A stretch of DNA of 64,000 nucleotides from Amoeboaphelidium protococcarum X5. Its lineage: Eukaryota; Fungi; Aphelidiomycota. Numbering within the stretch: position 1 is the stretch's first letter; each line of letters opens with the position of its first letter. This document shows, piece by piece, positions 53,610 through 64,000 of this stretch. Below the pieces are notes generated by a model, which ran no database searches, was not told where the DNA came from, and saw only the letters and a list, made by a program, of their open reading frames with translations. Both the position numbers and the translations under genes were made by a program. Location: NCBI GenBank assembly GCA_023515725.1, contig JALDTO010000155.1, forward strand, positions 469,147 through 533,146. The letters run 5' to 3'.

Positions 53610-54297
53610 ATGCTGGTTTTAATTTGCGGCAATTTGAATATTCCCAATAGATCTGTGGATCTACCAAATAAATTCAAAAAATTATTGGTAATTTTAAATT
53701 ATTTACCATGTCTTACCGTGTGGCTGATTCAATTAAATGTAGACTCCTGGTAAGATTGGAGCAATTATATGCAATGGTAATTTGGTGACGCGAGAGACTT
53801 TTGACTTTTTAAAGTCTATCAGTCACAACTTGCACACGGTCAGAAGTATTTGGGAAAGTGAGGACTAAAGTGTACCAGACTACAAGGTTGTGAGTGTGGA
53901 AAATGTCAAGATTGGTGTCGTGTCTTCTATTGCCACTCTGTACTCCTCCTCATCTGATGTTGGTGCGGGAGAGATGCTGAATGAAGAACTCGGAATGACA
54001 GCTAGATAATTGGACGTTAATATCCTTGTATACAATGACGAAACTGCAGTGGATGGTGTTGTGGCATTCGAAAGAGATAATACATTGTTTCTTAACCCAG
54101 GAATGTGCTCACAGGTAAGGTACAATGCTTTGACTGGATCTCGCTCGATCGTTCCTTCTTTTGCTCTGCTCGACGTGAAACCAGAATCCGTCACTGTCTA
54201 CATGTACAAGTATATAGCCTCTGATGACTCGGTCAAAGTTGACAAGATGCAGTTTTAGACGCGCTAATCGCTGAGCAGTAACGTTTAAACTGATTGA
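53610..54297 (+). CDS. VPS29: Divergent retromer subunit Vps29 (intron 53688-53742)
   Basis: MLVLICGNLNIPNR..DLPNKFKKLL|TPGKI...CNGNL, ARQLDVNIL, FLNPG, PSFALLDV...YMY. Confidence 0.85.
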
Positions 54298-54653
54298 TTT
54301 ACTCATTGTCAAAAATAATATATTCTGCAGGCTTTTTTGTTGCAATCTGTTAGCATCTCGAATATCCCGCTTTAAGGATTTACAAGTAGAGCGTCTCTGC
54401 CGTTCTTGGGCAGCTTTTGGGTGTCATCCATCGGCAAACTTGTTGTTCATAAAATCTACTCACAATGAGCTTTTTTGGCGCGTAGATGGTAGTAGACTGA
54501 AAACTGTGTGGAATAAAGTAAAAGAACTATATCACCAAAACAAATAACATTCATCACATAGAGGTTTTCACGGTTTTAAGGCCGATGATGTACATGAGCA
54601 GTATTACATTCAAAGGACAACGGTTGTTGAGCGGGCTGATGATAGACATTGAA

Positions 54654-55808
54654 TCACTTTCTGAACCAAACATCATCAACTTAGTGCTTAGTTCCATCCT
54701 TGGCATAAAAAGATCCCTTTTGACCATGAAGAACGCCATTACGATAATCATCAGGAGTATGAGCATATTCAGTAACGTCAACCAGATCCGCATCCCCCAG
54801 AGGTTCAAGTATAGCAATATTCGTATCGCTAATGAAACCCAAGTCAAAGCCGCGAGTGTTGAGACACTTTTTGACTGAAGACAATGACACTAGCAGACTA
54901 TCATGGTCCCGCTGTTCCGTACCTCCTTGACATCCAGGTACAGTCTGCATTTCCATGGCCAGCTTATGAAGCGCGTCAAAGCCATTAGATGCTTTATATG
55001 GTTTGCGAGTGAATGGACTCAGCGTTTAATCGCCAAACACCTCATGAATATCAATCAATCCATTTCCATTCAAATCTGACATGGCAAGCATTTTATCGCC
55101 ACCAACTGCACCACCGTGGCGTAAATGTGGGTTAGAAGGATCTTTCGAGATGCCAGTCTTCAGAGACGCGGAGACGACACCATCTTTGTTCATATCAAAT
55201 ATCAATGGACATTCCCCACCGCCACCGCCTTTAGCATTTTTACCAGTACTACGCGGCCTGCTGTTTGACGGGGGCTTTGGTGAGGACGATGAAGGTGGCC
55301 TAGGTCCAGGAGATCGGGGCGTACTAGGTGGATTGTTAGGATCGTCTGAAGGTGGAGGTGGAGGAGGTGGGGGAGTACTAGGAGGACGTGGCGGCGGCTA
55401 CTTGTCAGGAGGAGAAATAGGCGGCTAAGGCGTAGGAGGATTTTGAGGTGGAGGATAATAAGCACAAGTAGTACATGGCACATTAGATGATGGCGTAGAG
55501 ATTATCGGCTACACAGAAGTGACAACTGCAGGTGTTGTGCGCGAGGAGGAAGGGCAAGGAGTTGGAGATGCAACGCAACTTGCACACGGAGTGGCAATTT
55601 AGGGTGGAGCAGCAGTTGTAATTCTCGCAGCAGCAGTTGCCGTAGAGCAGTCTGTCGATGTTGCAGTCTTTACTACAAGAGGTTCACTGGAGCACGGTGG
55701 AGTATTCGCTTACGGGCGATTTATAGGCGGAGATTCAGCAGACGCCAAGATTGAAACTAAGCCGGGAACTAACGACGCCAGGTAAACGCAGTAAATTGTA
55801 TGATACAT
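54654..55808 (-). CDS. Secreted Pro/Thr/Cys-rich protein with C-terminal FrpC SPM-like domain (384 aa, intronless)
   Basis: Signal peptide, Thr/Cys-rich stalk, PPPPPP region, then CPLIFDMNKDG...DLNGNGLIDIHEVFGDQT...NGFDAL...NGVLHGQKGSFYAKDGTKHQVDDVWF. Confidence 0.8.
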
Positions 55809-56528
55809 CGTAACTGATTTTGGTAGAAGTATATTTACACGATAAACAATTTAAATATAAGACTTTGAAACTAAAAAGAAACGAACACCCAGCTATATTG
55901 TAATCACCACTTCAGTATTCTGATTGTGCAAAGTACAATTGAACACAAAGCCAATGAACAATCACTGTTCGTGAAACGGTGACCTGCCAAGTCATCAGGC
56001 GTTGAACACATGTGTCTTTAAGATATCTAGGCATTACAATAAACGTAGGCCCAACAATGAAAAAATACTATGTAGGGATTGCCCCAAATATTATGACAAT
56101 CGATATCTTGAGATTCAAGACAGGACCGGTGAGAGGCACTCCCTCATCCATTAATAACTCCGGGGCGTAATCTTCTTGTTCTTTTTCACGCGCACTATAA
56201 AGGCCGTCGTAAATCAGATATTATTTTACAATGTTTCAAAATGCGCAAAGTAAGTCAACAGATGATGCTATACAAGCATTAGCTAGGGCGGTATAGCATG
56301 TATTATTCCCTTCCGCTGCGATGAGGATTGCTTGGCCATCTGTTCCGTTTCAAACCTCCTTGCCTTGGCTGATCGCCATTGACTCAATAGAGAGCGAGTG
56401 CGTAAACAAACACTTATACAGTACAGCGCGGCATTCCATATCATTGCCATTGTTTTCTTGCTGTTTCAACCTCCATTTTATTGTTAGTTGTAAAGGTGCT
56501 TTAGTGCATAATAATATATTGCAATATC

Positions 56529-59500
56529 ATGAAGTTTTCATTTAATGGAAATGAAGAGTTTTGGTTTCATAGTGTTAAGGATGAGCGGATTGATTTGAGA
56601 GAGCAGGTGAAGAGTGGGAGGCTGTATTTATCGCATGTACAGTCTGCCACTGACATTACGGATGTCAAGGATATCAATTCTTATAACATACTGCGTTGTT
56701 TCAGGTCTATTCTTGATTAAGTTTGCGTATCTGGTCAGGAGAGAGCTAGTGTCGTCCTCTCTGGTGATGTAAATAATGCAAAGACATGCTCCACTTTAAT
56801 GCTTGGCCAGCTGATATTTGAAACTACAGAGGTGGATCTTTTGTCACCATCAAGTGATGAAGAGTTAAAACTTTTGTCAAAAATTCCAAATTCATTTGTG
56901 TCAAAGTACGTGGCTGCATAGAGTGTTGTCGATCTGTTAACCTCTGTGGCCGAGACGCCGAGGCAATGTGTAGAGACTATTGCACATGTTGATCTTGCCT
57001 ACTATCCGTTCAACTATCAACTTATGGGCGTTTAATTTAAGATCAGATTGCCAGATATGGCCACTCTCTCTCAATTTGATGTATTTACCGCTATTGTACA
57101 TGGTATGGACTCTAATCTGAAGAAGGTCACTAACTGCACATCTTCATTGACAAAGTCGCCTCTCGTTAATAATTCAATCTCAGTAGCTGAGGCCTAGTCC
57201 AAATTTTAGAACTTCTATGAATCACTTAAGCTCCTTAAGTTCCATGTGAAGGAGATTGAAGCTGTCATCCGTATCTTTGTTGCAGTTTTGTACATTAGCA
57301 TTAGTGATGTCGATCCGCATGATCCCTGTTTGCCAATTGCTGAAGAGATGTTGGGGTACATTCAGCCTGATGAATCAATTGATATCAAAAAGATCAGAGG
57401 TTTATCTAGACTGATTAAAGAGAGATCGTATATATCTGACACTGGGTTGAATTTTGCAAAGGAGAACAATGCATCGGAGATGAAGTTGGCCAAGGACTAA
57501 CTCTGTGCTAATCTGTACAACTTTGTTTCCAATTGGATAGTATGGAGAGCGAATAATGTCTTGAAGTTAAATCAGAAATGTACCGAAGTTTCGTTTATAG
57601 TAGCCACTGATCCTGTTGGTAGACACTCGTATAATTACCTGTCGTACTTGTATTTGAGATTGAAGCTCTATCAAGATTCTGAAATATTGAGATTTGGTGA
57701 TGCTGAATAGCTTTGCTAGATTTTGGTTGAAGATGATAACAGCATTGTCAACATTATCTCCCAGTCTCTGAATGTTGTTGATGCAGCTACTAGGATTCTT
57801 TTACACTATGGGACTTAAAGTATTGTAAGAACTCGAATTGATGAACTGGATCGAATTATTGTCGATGTTGGGCCATCCATTACATTCCATGTTGATGACA
57901 ATTTTCTGTACCAGGTATAATGTGGTAGTAAAATCAGTCTTGATGTGCTGACATTTCTGCGCAATGAATGTAAAGCCAACAAATTTGTTCATGAGATAGT
58001 CGGGCCTAATTACGTGGAGACCGCTGATATTGACGGATAATTGTTATTTGCTCAATTTATAGAGTTTGGTGGAATAAAGTAGAAGCTGGGAATAGTCCTG
58101 AATAAGCATATTTTCCGTAATCCGTTAGTTGTCTTAACTGATTGGTTGGTCTCATAAGGTGATCTTTATAAGATTGATTGCGCTGTATTCGGGGCTAAAG
58201 ATACATTTGATGTAAGTAAATTGAAATTTAGTTAAACCCAGTTTATAAGTTGTAGTTGGATTTAAGTTTAATCTCGTGTCGGTAGCTCCAGCTTTGATCC
58301 TATTAAGAATCTGCTTAAGTTATTCAACTGCTAGTTTGATGATTAATCTGAAATCTTTTAAGTACAAGATTGGGTCCTTGCTAAACTGCTTATTCGTCTC
58401 AGTAGCAAAAGCGATATTATTCGCAAGGAGAGAGCATAAACTTTGATGTCCAAGTCTTCGAATGCTTTAACTCCTCCTCAATACGTTTCCGAAACCCCTG
58501 CAGTAAGTCCATAAGATCGTTAAAATTGGTATAAGTGCGCATCAGATGAAGCCTTTACATCATCGCGTTCTATATGGTTGAAACTTGTCTGGCTGTGTAC
58601 ATGGTACATTCCTGACTCTTTATACATCAAATATTGGGGCATGAATGATGCGAAAGCGCGACTGGCCAATCGTGAAAAGATCACGCTGTGTGTCTTGATC
58701 GCCATCCTGAATATTCTGTTTGTTTGCGTATTGCCAGTGCTGCAAGCTGCATTATGTCCGCAAATGTCCTCCAATCCTTTCTACGGATTCATGAGTGTCG
58801 GCGAGGTTTACTTGTCTGCCCAATTTACTAGTAAGGCTCTTTTTGTTAAAAATGGCAAAGTTTACGATGCGTCGTTCGTCCCTCTTAGTTTGGGTGATCG
58901 TGCTCAGGTGTATGAATACGCTGGTTAAGACATTTCGGTTTACCCACGAACTGATTCTTTGGCATTCTCTTAATGCAACTAATTGTCGAATAGTAAAATT
59001 CAGGATCTTCGTCGAACAGTGGATGTAAAATCTTATAGGCTGTCTCCATTGCAGAGTATTGCGCCTGTGTTTGACAATTCTGCTGTTTATAAGTATGAAG
59101 TTGGCCAAATTGTGTATGCTGATTTTGGTAATTACCGCAATTATACCAATGGTGGCGTATGGATTTAGATAGATAACTCTGTGTACAATCTTACCGAGTA
59201 TTACGGCAAATTGTATCCGCCATTCTTTGATGACAGAACTGAGGATATTATTCAACGATATGCTGGTAATAAGATACCCAGTGATGTCGTGCTCTAGATG
59301 GAACCCGGCTTTGTTGATTGTTTGGACAAATTGTACAAGATTGGGAAATTTGATTATAGGACAACAACGTCTTGTGTAGCTATATCTTCATTTACCAATG
59401 TTGTGTATTTTATCATTGTAGCCGTGGTATTATTCAAGTTTGCTGCTGCCTTTTCCATCTCATGGAAACACCCGTTTGGAGGTGATAAGAAGAGTAAAAC

Positions 59501-61094
59501 TGATTAATTGCCTGGCAAGCTTCCTAATGTTGTGTACTTCATTCCTTGCTATACTGAAAGTAAAGAAAATATCTAACAACTAGTAAGTGCACTGTCTTAA
59601 AGTGAATATGCAGGTGGAAAACTGTTGTTTATTATATGTGATGGTATGATCGTTGGACAAGGAAATACTATGGTCACACCAGCTATAGTCTTGGACGTGT
59701 TGAAGCACAAAAGAAATGGTGTTCCTTCGTGTTATCCGTATGAATCTTTGGGAACTGATAAGAATTCTATTAACTATGCCTAGATTGATTGTGGTGTGTA
59801 TAATGAGCAATTGCCATACATTGTTGTGTCTAAAGTGGGCCGTCCTGATGAAAGATTCAAACCTGGCAATAGGGGAAAGAGAGATTCTCAGATGCTGTTA
59901 CTGAGATTGCTCAGTCGCATGTTTTATCATCAATAGATGTCGCCATTGGAGCTTGAATTGAATTACTTGGCTCATACCGAGCTTGGTCTGCGTCTTGAAG
60001 AATTTGATGCGTGCCTCATGATTGATGCTGATACAATTGTATCGGAAAATGGTATCTAAGAACTGGGTAGAGTGCTGCAAAAGAAACCAAATGTTATAGG
60101 AGTCGCTGGAGTTACCCAAGTTTCTAATCCTAATGATTCTATATTCACAACGTTGCAGGTCTTTGAGTATTTCAATAATCACTTCTATGCTAAAGCGTTT
60201 GAGTCATTGTTTGGTACTGTCACCTGTCTCCCTGGCTGCTTCTCAATGTATCGTTTGGCGGACATGCAGAATCGAATTCCTTATCTAATTTCCCGCGACA
60301 TTTTGACCGACTATGGTGTAACGCAGGCTAATACTTTGCACGAAAAAAATCTACTCAGTCTTGGTGAGGATCGGTACCTGACCACGCTGATGTTAAAGCA
60401 TTTTCCACGTCGCTTCACCGCCTTTGCTCCTAATGCTCAGTGCGAGACTGCAATCCCTCACTCTTGGTCGGTATTCCTGTCTCAGAGAAGACGTTGGATC
60501 AACTCAACAGTGCATAATCTTGCTGCTCTATATAATGTGTCTAATTTATGTGGATTGTTCTGCTTTAGTATGAGATTTATTGTTCTACTTGATTTTGTGG
60601 GAACGATCATGTCGCCTGGTATGTTTATATATGGACTGTTCATAGTGTTGCAGGCCATCATCTCTCCTCAGGCGCCTATTTCTGCACTCCTGACGATTCT
60701 TTGTGTTGTTGGCTCCCAAGTGCTAATTTGTCTATCTAGAGGTGAATTGAAGATGTTGCTGTACATGGTTGTGAATATGATTGCTTTCCCTGTCTATGCT
60801 CTCGTGCTTCCCTCGTACGCCTTCTACAAGTTTGATGACTTTTCGTGGGGCTCAACGAGGAAGTTGGCTGAGACTCATAAAGATGTTGGTGATGGAGATC
60901 TCAAAGACAACAACAATAACAGTCTCAAGAACGATATGTATAAGATTCCTTTGGCGTAGGTCGATACGGATAATCCATTTTGGAGAAGTGAAGATTACCA
61001 GTTTGCTAAGAGGGTGTCTTATTTTGAACATAACCAAGATGTCCTTTAGGCAGTTTCTCCACTGTCGCCCACGTTAAAATCTGCTGGCGTGTGA
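56529..61094 (+). CDS. Chitin synthase (division 2, class V/VII-like) with degenerate myosin-motor-like N-terminus and cytochrome b5-like domain
   Basis: REKITLC, WIQIDNSVYNLTEY, PCYTE, CDGMIVGQGN, GNRGKRDSQ, DADT, CLPGCFSMYR, LGEDRYLT, SQRRRW, DDFSWGSTR; fragments share one frame. Confidence 0.93.
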
Positions 61095-61221
61095 AATTTG
61101 TATTTAATGAAACCCGTATTGATGATTGTGCGTTTTGAGTATTTGATATTGGAATATGATAATGGACAATAAAGTGAAGTTAATTCTAAAACTTTAAAAA
61201 TTCGGAGTAAGAATATTCATT

Positions 61222-63999
61222 TCACTTCTTACCGGCATTATAACCGCTCTTCTTCATCGACTTTGCCTTAGATCCGGTAGGCTTTCCAGCTGTGGCATTA
61301 GGCATTGACGCGACAATACTGCTGCCAGTAGATGGTTAAGACAATGGGTTCCAAATATCAAACCCAAATAGACTAGCACTACTTCCACCTAGAACTGAAG
61401 AGCCAGGCGCAGATAGCGGAGTCTGAGGTACAAGACTCGGCGCAGATTCAGTGCGACCAATTTTTCCAGATGAAGTGGATTGAGAAGCAGAAACATCATC
61501 AGCCACAAACATGGTTCTTAGCTCCTAATTCAATTCTGATAGTAAACTCTACGCAGTCTGCATATTGCTATCAGTGAATGGATTATTACCGAAAGACGTA
61601 GATGGCTTTAATGGTTGACTGGCTCCTTTCCAATGACCAAAACCATCAACAATGGCATTCATACTGTCCCCAGCAGAGCATACAGCTACAGACGCACGAC
61701 TATTGACTCTTTTGGGCATCAGATTGGATCCAAAATTACCATCGGCGCTCTTTAAACTAGTACTTGTATGATCAACAGGAACAGACATAGACTTCTGCAA
61801 TTCAGTCAAAGACAACAACTATTGATCTTCCTTCTACTTAAGACTGGCTTCCAAAGTAAGTGTCTTTGCAGTAGCTTCTTCCACTTCCTTCTTCAACTTT
61901 TCGTTCAAGCATTGCACCTCCACAACTTTCTGCTCCAAGTCAAAAATTCTAGCTTAAAGATGAGAGATCTCCATATCCTTGCCTTTGCAAAGCTCAATCA
62001 GCTCACCATTCTTCCTGTCAGCATCTTGGACGCGATGTTCAAATGCAGAGAGTGTAACAATCTAACTCTGCATCTAACCTTGTAGCAAGTTGAATTGTTG
62101 CAATAACTCTGTATACTTGCGCTCCTCGACCATCGGCTCACTAGGACTAGCAATGACTGCTGATGTCTGACTAGGAGTGGATGCAAGAGGTGGCGAAGTA
62201 GGGGGAGTGATTTTACGAGTATCGGTAGCATTTCCACTATTGCTCAGAGGTTGACGCTGAGACTATTATTAAGCCTTTTTACTCTTTGAAGATTACGGCT
62301 GGCCACTAGGTGATAACGCGGGCTGTGCATTCTAATCCTTCTTGGAACTAGGTGATACTTGGGTAGATGATACGGCTTAAGTAGATGCTGCATTTCTTTT
62401 AGCTTAAACAGGCTAAGCACTTGATACAGGAGTATTCTTCACACTAGTAGCAGCAGGGTTATCAACTGCAGTTTTTCCGACAGAATCGTTACAATTAGAA
62501 CCACCTTTAATATTCTGGGATTCAACAGGCCTTTTCAGTGAGGAAGACGGTAATGGCTCCACTTACGTAGATTATTACTAATTCCCCTTCTTTGAGTTGG
62601 CCGCAGAGTTGTTGTTGGACTTCTTCTTACTCGCAGTCTTCTACTCCTGCTCTGCCTCAAGAGATCTCAACAACTCATTCTACGCCTCCAAAGCCTTGTT
62701 GTCAAAATATTTCTTCTACATTTCGCGGTGCAATACTTTAACAAACACGTTTGATAATTCAACGCAACCGCTACTAAGACCGGAGAGATACTTTGACTTG
62801 CATATAGAGCTATCGTGCAAGAACTTCTTTACTTCCTCAATTCTCTTAGCGATGGCGTTACTGATAATGTCACTCTCTCTACCAGTATTCTCATACACAA
62901 AGAACTTGACAATCATGTACACCACCAACACCAGATAGAACGATGGAAATGCATTAATAAGAGCTGAGTTAAACTACTTGAGGAGCGTTTGCAACATCAT
63001 CTCAATTCTCTTTACGCGCTTCTTGAAATCCTTCTTCCCAATACGCTCCATTCTTCCCAGATAGGAGGCTTTGGACTTTCCACAATAGCTATCGTTCAGA
63101 TAATCAACCTCCGCCAGCAGCTCCTCCTTCTTGCACTGATAATCTTCAATAATTTCACGGATGCGCGTCTCTGTGATAGTAGACAAATTCTAAACCGAAG
63201 ATCTCGCCTCACTCTCAATCTGCTCAACCAGCTCCTTACTTCTAGGTATATCAATCTTCTATACTCGACTGAAAAATACGTCAGAGAAGCGACTGACAAA
63301 CTGCTACAACTTCTCACCAATACGCTCGGCATCACAAAATAGCCCTTCATCCGCAAGAATCTCATAAAAGCAATCGATATAACTCATGATATACCCATCC
63401 AGTTTCTACAGAGCTTCCTAGGCATTTTAAGAAGCCAAAACATCCAAAGACTACTTGAAGTCTTAGAAATACTAATCAAAAGGAATATGTTCAGGCATAT
63501 GAGCCTGTTCACAACGCTCGCTGGTTGCCTTTTATATGGCATCAGCGCCTACAATCAGTTCAAGTTCTTTCAGATTATCGCGGATAAATACAATCAAATC
63601 CTCAATAGTCTACCATTAAACTTTCAATTTTGGCTTCAGATCAGTCTCGATGCACTTTTCAATGATCAAGCGACGCTTATCCAACTCTGCCGCCTCCACT
63701 TCAATTTCAGTAGGCATCGTGTCAGTGGCGCGATCATGGCAATAGTAATCTTTAAGAGTAAGGGACTCCTCTACAAATAGGTCTTGGTACTTGCACAGAT
63801 CAGACATCTTGATGCGGAATCCCTTCTTATCTTGATTGATTGTGCGCAAGAACTCAAAATTGCGACGATCCTTAATAACGTTACCATTATGATTATTCAT
63901 GTCCGGGTGAGGAGTGGGCAGCACAAGAGGCTTAAGAACATCCTAAGACTTCCACGCGTTTGGTCTCTTCTCCATCCACTAGTTATAGCACTTGAGCAG
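61222..63999 (-). CDS. Large hypothetical protein, 5'-truncated by the window (helical region, coiled coil, Ser/Pro-rich tail)
   Basis: ORF-track fragments share one frame of >900 codons with TAR=Gln, open to the window edge. No family recognised. Confidence 0.7.
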
Positions 64000-64000
64000 A

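Noticed and set aside
54300-54650. Possible ncRNA or small gene between VPS29 and the SPM-like gene
   Set aside because: No recognisable snRNA/snoRNA/tRNA motif or convincing ORF; probably 3' UTRs.
55081-55428. Gly-rich plus-strand ORF
   Set aside because: Antisense shadow of the poly-Pro region of the SPM-like gene.
56231-56554. ~107-codon ORF upstream of and overlapping the chitin synthase start
   Set aside because: No motif. With a single stop codon, ORFs of this length arise by chance.

Overview
Gene-dense eukaryotic (fungal-lineage) DNA that uses a non-standard nuclear code: TAA and TAG read as Gln and TGA is the only stop. The supplied standard-code ORF track therefore fragments nearly every gene. 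Re-read by hand with TAR=Gln, the window holds about 35 compact genes with short (mostly 53-75 nt) GT-AG introns, most ending in TGTAG. They include PEPCK, a GT92 glycosyltransferase, SAYSD1, ACC, a NEK8-like kinase, MacroD, BUD23, presenilin, RasGEF, GYP1, a subtilisin, YIPF, a telobox Myb, a bHLH, RPL42, VPS53, LC8, GSTZ, CDC123, CDA, SKI2, an MFS transporter, PP4C, EAF7, SEN2, bL27m, VPS68, BLCAP, VPS29 and a myosin-like chitin synthase. The code plus chitin synthase suggests the aphelid Amoeboaphelidium protococcarum or a relative (inference). Top finding: a secreted Pro-rich protein ending in a bacterial-type FrpC self-processing-module (SPM)-like domain, with Cys-Pro in place of the scissile Asp-Pro, transcribed divergently from the chitin synthase. 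Other highlights are a MYND-finger-presenilin fusion, a RasGEF with a talin F0/F1-like region, a VPS29 lacking its metal ligands, a hAT MITE with a perfect 8-bp TSD, an intron-split start codon with a decoy acceptor, and two long RNA hairpins. All calls come from manual translation and motif recall; no searches were run.
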